A stretch of DNA of 64,000 nucleotides from Bugula neritina (taxonomy: Eukaryota > Animalia > Bryozoa). Positions 39,265 to 50,532 of the stretch are shown piece by piece. Position 1 is the first letter of the stretch, and every line of letters starts with the position of its first letter. The position numbers and the translations under genes were made by a program. A model generated the notes under the pieces. It was not told where the DNA came from, did no database searches, and saw only the letters and a program-made list of their open reading frames with translations. The DNA lies in the NCBI GenBank assembly GCA_964035545.1, contig OZ037768.1:12843675-12907674 (forward strand). Reading direction: 5' to 3'.

Positions 39265-40704
39265 GAACATTTATTTCACAATCGTTTAAACCAAAGAAAA
39301 CATAAATAAATAATGATACAATTGAAATAATAAAAACCAAACTCGTCAAGAGTTATCTTTCCTTATCAAAAATTTAATTTTCACCAAATTTTATTGTCAT
39401 TGTGATCATAAACATGCCGCCTTATAAAACATATACTTTAAACTAGTAAAAGCGCTAGGAGCAATATTGGAAAAACAAAACTGTTCACAAAGTTTAAAAA
39501 GAATTAAATATTTTCGCAGCACCCATTTCAGTTTAAACACCCCAGAATGACTAAAATGAGTGTCACAAAAAATTTTGATTTGCTTTTAGCATTGAGGACA
39601 GATATCATTTTACAATTGACATCAATAAAATGCTTTTGCATTTTTACGCCAACTTAGCTAATTAAAAAGTTGTGAAACTGCGACACGAAAACAAATAAGA
39701 ATAGTCATTGTGAACATCGTTGAGGTCAAAAACTAGGGGGTGTAACTAAGAATACACAGATTTTAACTTAATTTTATTGATATTTTTTTAGTTTTTAGAC
39801 ATGCTGACTCATGAATCATACTTTAAACTAGTAAAAATACTAAAAGCAATATTAACAAACAAAAATATTTACAGAGTTTGAAAATAAAACTAAAAATCTT
39901 CGCGACACCCATTTTAGTCAAAACACCTCTGTATGACTAAAATGGGTGTCACGGTGATTTCTGCTTTATTTTTTAGCCTTTCAGCAATTTTTGTCATAAA
40001 ATTGGTTGCTGATCAAACCTTTATAACCCCTAATATATTATAACTGTTTTAACCCAAATGATAATAGTATTAAATAATAATTTACAATAAAAATAAAATT
40101 TAATAAAAACCCAAACCATGAGTGACACTCTCTAGAGTTATCTTCCCTTAGTTCTTAGTTTCATTTTTATCATTTTCCCCCCAATATTTATGAGTGTTGA
40201 AAATTTTAATAATCTTAATTAGTAAAAGCAAGTAGAAGTTTCAATATGACATAATTTATAGATTCCAAGACCGCCCAGAAAGCTAAAAATAAAGCAAAAA
40301 TCACCGTGGCACCCATTTTAGTTATTCGTGGGTGTTATAAATAAAATGGGTGTCGCAAAGATTTTTAGTTTAATTTTCACACTTAGTAAACATTTTTGTT
40401 TGTTAAAATTGCTGCCAGTGTTTTTACTAGTGTAAAGTATATGTTTCATAAGTCTATGATCTCGAAAATATTAAAATTGAGTTTAAAAGTTATATTTTGA
40501 CAAGGAAAGATAACTTTTATTGAGTTTCTTTTTTATAATTATTTTAATTTTATCATTATTTATTCATGTATTTTGGTTTAAACGATTGTGAAATGTTTAT
40601 TATTCACTGAAGATTTATTTAACAATAATCTTAACAGTCACAATTGTCTAAAAATCTGGAAATAAAACGAAAACTTTTTGCGACACCCATTTTAGTCACG
40701 CCCA
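39265..40704. mobile_element. Fold-back-like inverted-repeat element with reiterated CACCCATTTTAGTCA hairpin modules
   Basis: Outer arms atttcacaatcgtttaaaccaaa...agttatctttcctt (39273-39365) / aaggaaagataact...tttggtttaaacgattgtgaaat (40502-40594). Seven motif copies in alternating orientation near 39519, 39548, 39904, 39934, 40308, 40340 and 40682. Confidence 0.7.
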
Positions 40705-40925
40705 ATAATCGTTTTATATTGTAAAATACAATTTTTGACTATTGTTTACAAGATACTGTACTGGCTGTTATGAGCAAGTTTGAAACTTTGTAATAATACT
40801 AAATAGAGCTAGATGGCAGAAATGTGTGACAAACAATCCCGGTGTTTATAAATATTATATTTGTTTGTAGTGTAAATGTAAGATTTTGACATTTCTGTGA
40901 TACATCGGAGGAAAGAAAATTGAAG

Positions 40926-41405
40926 ATGGCTGCCACAGGTGTACCTAAGTAAGTTAGATTATGTTTAAAATTTTCTGAAGATGAAAAATATTTTTGTTAA
41001 TAGTTATAGAGTATATAAATTATGTGAATTCTTATATTAGATGTTTTATATTTGTAAAAGATGAAAAATATTTGTGGGCTATAAGTATGCCGATGCCGTT
41101 AGCGGCGTAGCAAGATGGAGTGCTAGGTGCACAGCAGGGGTGAAGGACATCGCGTGTTTCGGTGAACAAAGCATTTTCAGTCACATGATCCAAGTTTCTA
41201 ATGAAATTAAGCGCAATTAAACATTTGTATGCACTATATTATACTGAAATGCACTGTTTTGTACTGGTTTAGAAAAATATTTGTAGTATCCAAAAATTGC
41301 TAAAAATGCAAAACACAGCGATCTATTGTCTATATGTTTCTGATTATTTATTATAAGTTTTAAGTGGCTCTACCTATGCTGGGAACGAAAATTAAAGAAT
41401 TGTAG

Positions 41406-41476
<71 letters not shown>

Positions 41477-44400
41477 ACTACAATTCTTTAATTGACGATC
41501 AAACTGTTAATTTTGACACTCTCAATTAAAATGCCAATTTCCAATTACCTTGTTTTAAAATCTGTGTTAGCATCAATTTGTCAGAAGCAGCAATCAACAA
41601 ATTATTTTGTATTCTCAATTTTAAAAGTTATAGTAGCAATACGACAATATAATATTTAGGTGAATAGCCAAAACTTAGACCTTAGCCATGGGCGTTTTTG
41701 CTTATTTTAGCAACATTATTTTGACCACTGATAATATTGTAATTTTTTAAATTGGGGTTTTAGTTTATCTATTTTTATAAATACAATATGCTACCATGTA
41801 TAAGTTTCAGCTTAGGAAGCAGCTGTGGTTTAGGGGTTAAAGCGTTAGCTTAGTAAGCTCGAAGTCACAAGTTCGAGCCCCAGTAAAGGCCAGTGGTGAT
41901 GTTAGGATGAGCATTCCATCAAAATTGCTCTTGTGCTACATATCAATAAGTTCTTAGCCCATTTTAAAGAACTCTGTATATCAGAGGTTCACACAGGGAT
42001 AGCGACTATAAACTTGTGTGAGTTTTCTTATAAGTTCCAGCTCATTTGCATTTCCTTTGGAGGACTGAATTATATATGATATTAATTTGCTTTATGGTAT
42101 TCCATGTTTAGGAAGACCGCTGGAGAGCAAATGCTGGAGGTTAAAGCTTATTTGGTGGAGTCTCTGAAGAAACTAGATGGTATTTGGAATGATATGGGTT
42201 TACCGGAGGATCAGAAGAATTCCAGAGTCAATCTGGTATTCATGTACATCAGGTAGGGGCTCTAACATGTTGGTCGAGTGTTTTCAAAATTAATATTTTT
42301 ATAGTATAGCTTTTTATGGGACTACAAACTCATTACTAGCGTCCACGGGCAGAGTTTCTCTCATAAAGTACTGGATTAATTTGTTTGGGATATCTTCAAT
42401 GTGTCTGTGCGTGGCTATTGCGACAAAAACATAATTAGGTAACTATTTGGGTTAGATAGGTAAATGTTGAACTTTTCTAGCATCCCCCTGTTTAGTAAGT
42501 AGATTAGTAGAAGTCATAGCTTATTTTACTGGTTTTAGTTTAGTGCAAAAGAGATTTATGTTTCCTGTGTGCCTTTCATTGTGAAATTTATGAAACATGA
42601 AGCATACAAGTTGTATTGTTGTTTCAATGGCAGAAATGTAATCGATGAAATGGTGACGGAAGAGGAGACCAGAAGAAACACTCTGAAAGAGAACATAGAG
42701 CAGTACAAGAGTAAATTATCCCAGTTGTGTGCAGAATTGCACGTGGCTCCAATACAGGTGAGCTTATCAGCCATTCGCTGCTTAGCTACTCTTTCAGCCA
42801 GCTGACACCCTACTGATGGTCATCCACTTCCATGCAGCTGTACATGTAAAATTAGCAGAGCCTCTTTTTGATAACTGTTAGTTTCTGACAAATTTATTCT
42901 ATTTTGTTGTATTCTCTTGCAAGTGTCTCACAGGTAGTATCTGGTTTTTACTGTAGAACTTTAGCTTTTTGGTAATTTTCAACCTTCCGTTTTTTTTCTA
43001 ACAAAATAAACTTTAAAGTTCTGGTATTTTTTCTAGTTTCAAGCTGTTCATTCAAAGCACTTGGACAGATGAGATAGTAGCATGTAACGATTAGTAAGTA
43101 TTATTCTGGTGTACTTCTGTTTTTAGCCCACAGCAAGTCGTCTGTATGAGATAGAAAGGGAGCTGAGCCAATCACTGACCTCCTGGCGGAAGGTAAAGGA
43201 GTCGAGGCTGTCCGACCTGAAAGAGTTGAAGGGCATAGAGCAAGCGTTGTGTGACATAATGCACGCCACACCTTTCTATATACAAAGTGGGTCTGTACCC
43301 ACTCAAGAGGACCTGGATAAACTCAGGAAGCACGTAGATGAGCTTGCCGCTGAAAAAGTGTGTGATAAGTTGTAGTATTTTATATTTCATATACACTGAT
43401 CAAAGTTCAAATGACAAACTAGAATTGTTAGCAATAGAGAATTCGGATAATTGAAAATTTTCAAGTAACTAGATTTGTATAATGACTAAAGTCTAGTGTA
43501 TTAGTTTATATTTACTGGATTAGTTATTAAATATGTTTTTTCTTCAATTTCTATTATAATTTATTAGTACTGATTAGTATGAGATTTTGTGAGAAAGAGA
43601 TCACATAACATGGCAATTGAATTTGTAAAATATATTGAATATAATGCTGAAATAATTTTCTTCATTTAAACCCATTTCATGTAACTTTACTGGAGGCTGT
43701 TTTGGACCAGCTGCTGTGTTTAGTTTATGTTTTGATGTTTTGTACTGACAGATCAAACGCTATGACACTTTCCTGGCCCAGAAAAACGCGATAGAGCAAA
43801 TTCTAGAAGATATCGGGGAGGAGATAACTACAGAATTCGAGCAAGATGTTCTTTTAGAAGATCCTCAATGCTTCATTCTCTCCTCCAGCAACATGGCTAA
43901 GCTTAACAGCCTGACACAAGAGGTGGGAGATTTAGTTTATGGCAGAAAGTAGATGTTATATTTGGTGTGTAAATAATGTTGTATGATGATGTATGTGTGT
44001 GTCAGCCTCTGTGAGGCTGCTGTGGGTATAACATGTCTCACCTCTTAACTCTAGAGTTCTCAATGCATGTAAAACATTTCCATTGTATATAAAATAATTG
44101 TGTGTTAATAGTTCAAAGCCAAGCAGGCAGCTCGCGTAAAGGAGATGGATGGTTTGAAAGAGAAGATAGAAGCTTTATGGAATCGATTGGATGTAATTAT
44201 GGAAGAAAGAAGACAATTCCTTGAACAGATTTGGGATCATACACCAGCTTCTGTGGCTACTGTATGGAGTTACTATTTGTTGAACTTATTTGTAAATTTT
44301 TATAAATGAATTGTATCTAAAGAATTTGTTGTTTGTTTTTACCCAAGTTATGTTGTTAGTTGACTAACCTCTTTGAAGTGCTTCTAATAGAAAATATATA

Positions 44401-47400
44401 ATTGTACATAATGTATACCTGTATACCGTACTGTTTTATATTTGTGTGTCGTTGTATATTATGTGTAGTTGTATATTATGTGTAGCTGTATATCATATAT
44501 TCTATACACTATAAGTGATTTGCTTTAGCTAAAGGAAGAGCTGGAAAAATGTGAAGCACTTAAATTTGAACATCTTCAGGATTTCACTGTTAAGGTTAGA
44601 GAAGAGTTGACTCAATGGTGGGACAAATGTCATTACAGCCAGAAACAACGCAGCTCTTTCACTGCTTTCACCAGTGGTAAGTAAGGTTTGAATACTCTAA
44701 AGTAAAGGTACACTGATTTTCAAATTGGTTTGCTTACCACTTTAAACTAAAATAATCTACCAATACCAGAGGTGATTGTTCAGTGCCATTAATAACTAAC
44801 ATTGGCCGTTTATGAAAGAGTATAAAGTTATCTGCACCATGTATATAGCATAAAAAATCAAACTTGTTTTTCAGAAGTGCTGTAGTTTAGTAGTCAAAAA
44901 TGGCATTAATCTCTGTAGTTTTTGCTTGTAATAGAACAACTTCACTTGATGGCAAGTCCTGACTTTCATTCTGTGTTTTTGTGCCTGCTGTGTTTTCTTT
45001 TACTGACCGCACTTCTGCCCAAACTCCCTCTGGCATCTCTCCCTCAAAAATGCAAGACTATGAATACATAACAGCCAGATTACTGCTTTTGCCAATCTTA
45101 TTTTTTGACAAATTTTTGTTGTTTATCAATTTTTTTCCATGGGTCTATTTTGACTTGGGCATGTTTGAAGTCTGTAGTATCACGCTTCATTATTGTTTAA
45201 AAACTAATCTTAGTAATCTTCGTTTTGGTGTATACTGAACTTGGTTTATTTAATGGTCGGTTTGTATATTCACATGTCACTATAGTTCAGGGATGCAGTT
45301 GAATTAAATGAAATTTATTTTAAATTCAGATGACTACAGTGAGGAGTTGCTTGCTCAGCACGAAGCTGCCTTGGAGGAAGTCAAACAATACTACACTGAA
45401 AATGAGCATGTTCTCAGGAAGATAGAGAAGAGGTGAGATTGTTCGTCTGTGAGATTTGTGGAGTACTAAGCTGTATGCTCTTTCTTCAAAAAACCATTTA
45501 AATCAATTTTCTGGGAGCTTTGTGGTGTCTGCACTAAATAATGAATAGTGTGGTTAAATAACTTGAAAAATTTAGGTGTAATCTTGGTAATTTCTCTCAT
45601 TTCAAGCAATTGCCTGATGTTTGTAAGGGTGGGTAGCTAAGTATCACTTTAGAAGAATAATTATGCCCTTGTAAATTTTGTAGAAAAAAAATCAATTTAT
45701 TTTTCAGTTGCATAACTTGTTGTTTTCCTCAGAATTTTCAGTTATATAATACAAAAAACAGTATATATGAATAATTTAATATGGTGGTGGTCATTATGGT
45801 ACTTGTGAGTGGTCATCATTATATTTGTGAGTGGTCATTACAGTATGAGAAATGTGAGTGTTTATTATAATTGCAGGGCAGATTTGTGGAATCAGATGCT
45901 GGCTTTTGATGCCAAAGAAAATGATCCAAACAGGTACAAAAATCGAGGTGGAAATTTATTAGCAGAAGAGAGAGAGAAGAAGAAAGTGTTACATCAGCTG
46001 CCCAAGGTGTTTATTCTACTAATTGCTGTGACTGCTGTGCATACGTGTGCACTTTGACAAATTTTAAATGTGAATACTTTGTATGGAGAAGAATGGACAA
46101 ACTCTGGGTGATAATTATATTACACAACTGATTAGTGTAAGAGTTGTCTTTCTTTTGATTTACTATATTCTTATGACTCTGTAAAAAGGAACTTGACTTC
46201 AGCCTATCCACAAAGTGTTCTTACATACTACATGCTATGAATTCAGGTTGAAGAGCAACTGAAGAATGAAGTAGAAGTGTGGGAAGAGGAAAATGGTCGA
46301 AAGTTTTTCATTGGGGGAATGCATTTCTTTGAGTATTGCCGGCTGCAATGGGAAGAGTACAAGCTATCTAAGGAGCTACAGAAGCAGCAAAGGGTTTGTT
46401 TAAACTTGCTGCATGAACTAATAGTTGTAACTGAAATACTATGGCGTTAAAACCTTACCTTACCTTACCTTGATATTCTATCATGTTGATAAAGAATGAT
46501 AATTTATGCTGATACATCCTTGTCTGACCAAGTTTCAACTTTCATCAGGGTTGTTTAGCTTTGGTAACAACTAGTTAGTGAAACACGTAGTTTTGGTGTT
46601 GTTTTGGATTTAATACGCTCTGGAAAGAGCTGTTTTTCACTTAAACTATGATTGACATAAAAGTTTGTCCAGTGAATTCAACTAATGCGTGGTGGTCAGT
46701 TAATTAATGGATTATTTATGCTAATTATTGTATAATCTAAGTGCAACCACCATCTTTACTGGTTTTTTACTCTTTTTTGTACTCCTCTTTTAGTAAATGT
46801 GTGAGTTTTTGCAGAGAAATATTCAAACTTTTAAATAGTGATGATTTTTTTTAAACAAATTATTACTGCCTTTATTTTTAACCCACTAATCAATTATAAT
46901 ATGGTGTAGCCCTGTTATATAATGCAAGTGCAAAGTCATAATTGTGATTTAATTAAATGTTACATCATAATTTATGCCCGATATCCCAGTGTGTGTTTGC
47001 ACTGCTGGCTGTTTTTTGCACAGGGAGGAGTCTGTAGACACACACATAGTCTGTCAGGAAGGTGTTTTTCTTCTATTTGGTGCAGTTGGTTCACCTGTTC
47101 ATGTGGCTCATTAGGCTGTTGCATAATTACAAATGATTTATTTCTAGCTTCTTGTAATGAGTAATTTGAGTTTTTTGCCTGATTAACTTTGAGTTTCATT
47201 AACTTAGCAGTGACTGGTTTGTTGTATGCAAGCTAGTCTGATGTGCCAACCAGTTGAAACTCTACTGAGTGGAGAGGCAAACAGTTTGCATCTCATTTAA
47301 ATTAGTAAATTAAAATTGAAATAGATATCTGTTCTGGCCTTCTAATCTCATGTTACGGGTGTTTAATTTCTAGTTAACAAGTTGAAAATGGTGTTATTAA

Positions 47401-50400
47401 ATCAGAGGTTTTCTATGCTTGATTCATCTCATCATTGAGCGCTTTCAGCTCAAATAAGCTTCAAAAATGTGTAGGTTTGGTTGACTTTATGGATAAGATT
47501 AATCACGTACTTTTTGTTTGTAATTCTTATAGTTGGAGCAAAAAGAGAAGGACAAGCAATCTGAAATAAGATTCGGTTCTAAGCCTACACCATTAAAAAG
47601 GAGGATTGGTGCCACCACCCCTTCTCAAACACCAAAGCAGAGAAAGGTGCTGTGTTATTGCACTATAACATAAACCAGTCATCTTCAACTCTCCCTGTAC
47701 CCAATATGCATGTCTTTCTTTCTTCTCAATTTATTTTGAGTGTTGAATATCTGCCGGAGAGGCAATTAGACGAAACTGTGCAGTAGATTTTCATATCTGC
47801 TTTTTTTGCAAAAAGTCCAGGTTATGTAATGTGTGTAATTTGTAATTAATTTTTAATGTTGCCTGCTGCAGATGAATTCTGGTAAACACTGCCGGTATTG
47901 AGATTAGTCAAATGACTGTGGCATGATACGACTTGCTTGCTGATTACTCAGTCAGACTTCTCAATTTTTAGCAGATTATGTTTTATTCTTTAATGAGTTA
48001 GATGCTTGAAATTCTTTTAATCAAGTTTGTTTTCGTTACTCTGAGAGAGCAGAGTTGTGACACCTGAGACTCAGCTTCTTCAATTCCTTGATGCTGTGAA
48101 CTGTTCACTGTGAACACAAAATATCTCATGAGTAAGAACTATATAAGAATCTGTGACGGTGCAATGATACCCTCCCAGAATAGTTCTCTATTTGTGGTAA
48201 CTGTTTGCTGCATGTTTTGTTTAGCTGAATGATACAACAAGGTCAGCTACTCGCTTAAATTCCCTCTCTCGAATAAATTCTGTCTTTACTTCTCCCGTGA
48301 CACCCGCAAAATCTACTCGGGCACCTCTAAGGCAGACTCGAACTGCTGGTAACTTGCCTTCGGTAACGCCCCAGTCTAGTCGTAAGGAAGCGGTGCCAAG
48401 GACACCCATGTCTGCTATGGGTCCTCCTCGGGGAACTATGTCTACGAGATCTGCTGCTCGTAAGGTACATCCTTGTTCACGGTTTTCTGTTTTGCAGTGA
48501 CTCTAATCTAATGTGCATATTACATGCTATAACATGAACTAGAATATTCCAAAACATAAAAAGTAATAATTACCAGCTATGTTGCCATATCCTCAATTCA
48601 CTCCATTGTTTTATTACTTAGCTATTTAAGCATGTGAGTATACCACATTCCTTTCGAAGATATTAAGTTTACCTAAAGTTTGCCATTTTCTCATTTTACT
48701 TTGTGTTGTCCTCTCTTGTAACATTTCTGTTGAACAACATAACCACCCGTATTAATATTTTCTTCATAACCATAGTTTTTATTATCAATTATACTGAGAG
48801 GTCTCTGTTACAATTAGGGTGTGAGAGCATTTTGTAGAAATTTTAAAAAAATTCTAATTATTACATTTATTAGCTGAAAGATACGCCCAAAGCCAAAAGT
48901 TGCGTTGCTCTAGCATCACCTAAACTCAAACAGCCCTCTTCTAAGTATAAGGTATGTGCATGTTTAAAGGCTCTTAAATCAATGTCATTTGTCACATGCA
49001 ATCACTCTTTGAGAATTTAGGCAAGCTAATTTATGTAATAACATTAAATTGATTTCTGATGTGTCTTGTTTTTTATGTTTATCAAACTTATTAGTCAAAT
49101 CATCAACAAGACTTGGGAGTTGTGTAACCTGTTGATGCACTTGACATTCAGAGGTTACATAAGTTACTCAAGTAGTGAACACATAAGGTAGAATGTGGCC
49201 TAACCACACAGTTCACATTACAATAACTAGAATAATACAGTTTTGTTTTGCAGGGAAAAGATGTTATAAAAAGAAGTCAGTCCGAACTAAGTCTGTGTAA
49301 GGAGAATAAATTGCAACCATATACTAGTGATGAAATAGTCAGCCAGCCAAGTGGCTCTAGCACAGACCTGGCTAGCGATGTTCCCTCATACAAAGAGTTT
49401 GAGGCAAGACTCTCTTTATGGTCTAACAATTAATTAATCTGAGCTTTGTGGAAAGTCTGAGGACATTGTGTGGTTAACATGTCTAGTTTGACTTTTTGCT
49501 CATTCACAGTTAGCGTTACATAAGATACACATCAATGAGAGATATTTTTCATAGTAATACTTGAGTTATTGACTGTCTACCCTCCCCCTTACTTTCTTAG
49601 CAATAGATCTCATAAATATGATATGGAAATATTTATCTACAATCCACCTATGGCAATCGGATAGTATTTTATCATCCCCAGTTTGATTGTGTTTTAAATG
49701 ATAGCACTTCCTGCTAGCATTGGGGATTAGCAAAAATAGGAAATGTCTTTAATACATACAGTTGGTATGTTGTATACACACACCTGATCTGACGCAGTTG
49801 TTGCGCACGTGATGTATGGTGACAAATGATGCATGGCTCACTCATCTAAAACACCCGATTTAATTGGCTGTTGAAAGTGACAGTAGTGTCCCATAAGAGA
49901 GTCAAGTTTTAATGCGAATGTATCTCATCCTGGGGAAGTGGTAGCTACATTCCTGAAGGCCTGTTTCACCGCACAGCAACACCCCACACATCTGGCTCCT
50001 TGTGCACACATACATGCACAGTCCAGGGTTAGGCTGGCCTTGGCAGTTTGTGAAATGTCAGGGCGCGATGCTATCAACGCCTTATGTAGTTATTTCAGCA
50101 TTTTTTTCTGGGACGAATTGCAAATATGAAAATATTTGTAACAGGTTGTAATTATTGCATGCTTTTAATGATGTGATCCATCAAAAAGATTGGTGTGCCT
50201 GGCAACTGGTATACAGCTGTTTCCGGGTTTAGGCCAAGTGTCCTGGGTGATACCAGTTGCGTAAGGCTGCTTGTATTGTTTGGTTTGGATTAGCACCATA
50301 TAGGTGACACACAACCCTGCAGATAATCAGTAAATGGGTCGACTTTAGTCATTGCGTGTTACAGACGCTATTTCTATGACACACATCTTTTATCTGTGAT

Positions 50401-50532
50401 AGATTTATTAACGTCTGCTATATCGTATTATCCTTTATGATACGAATATTGGTGCTTTTTCTGTTTTAGAGTCTTCTAGACTCTGCAAAAAAGTCAAAGC
50501 AATACAGAAGCACAATATGTTCCAAGAAATAA
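40926..50532 (+). CDS. PRC1: Protein regulator of cytokinesis 1 (MAP65/Ase1 family, ~670 aa)
   Basis: Frame-consistent exons 40926-40948, 42112-42252, 42634-42757, 43127-43357, 43752-43922, 44112-44261, 44529-44676, 45330-45432, 45877-46006, 46247-46393, 47533-47646, 48225-48464, 48874-48951, 49254-49403, 50470-50532 (2013 nt). Family motifs DPNRYKNRGGNLLAEERE, WWDKCHYS, SEELLAQHE, WEEENGRKF, and a TP/SP-rich basic tail. The last intron requires a GC donor. Confidence 0.92.
41390..41493. repeat. (TA)n microsatellite with perfectly inverted flanks (~104-bp palindrome)
   Basis: aattaaagaattgtagtt-(TA)n-aactacaattctttaatt. Confidence 0.95.
41813..42028 (+). mobile_element. tRNA-derived SINE with 14-bp TSD
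   Basis: A-box-like tggtttaggggtt and B-box gttcgagccc. Flanking direct repeat tataagtttcagct (41799-41812) / tataagttccagct (42029-42042), one mismatch. Confidence 0.75.

Noticed and set aside
46515-46553. Minus-strand CTGATGA-aagtt-GAAAC-ttg-GTC resembling a minimal Penelope-type hammerhead ribozyme
   Set aside because: Stem II is too short and stem I does not pair; at best a decayed remnant.
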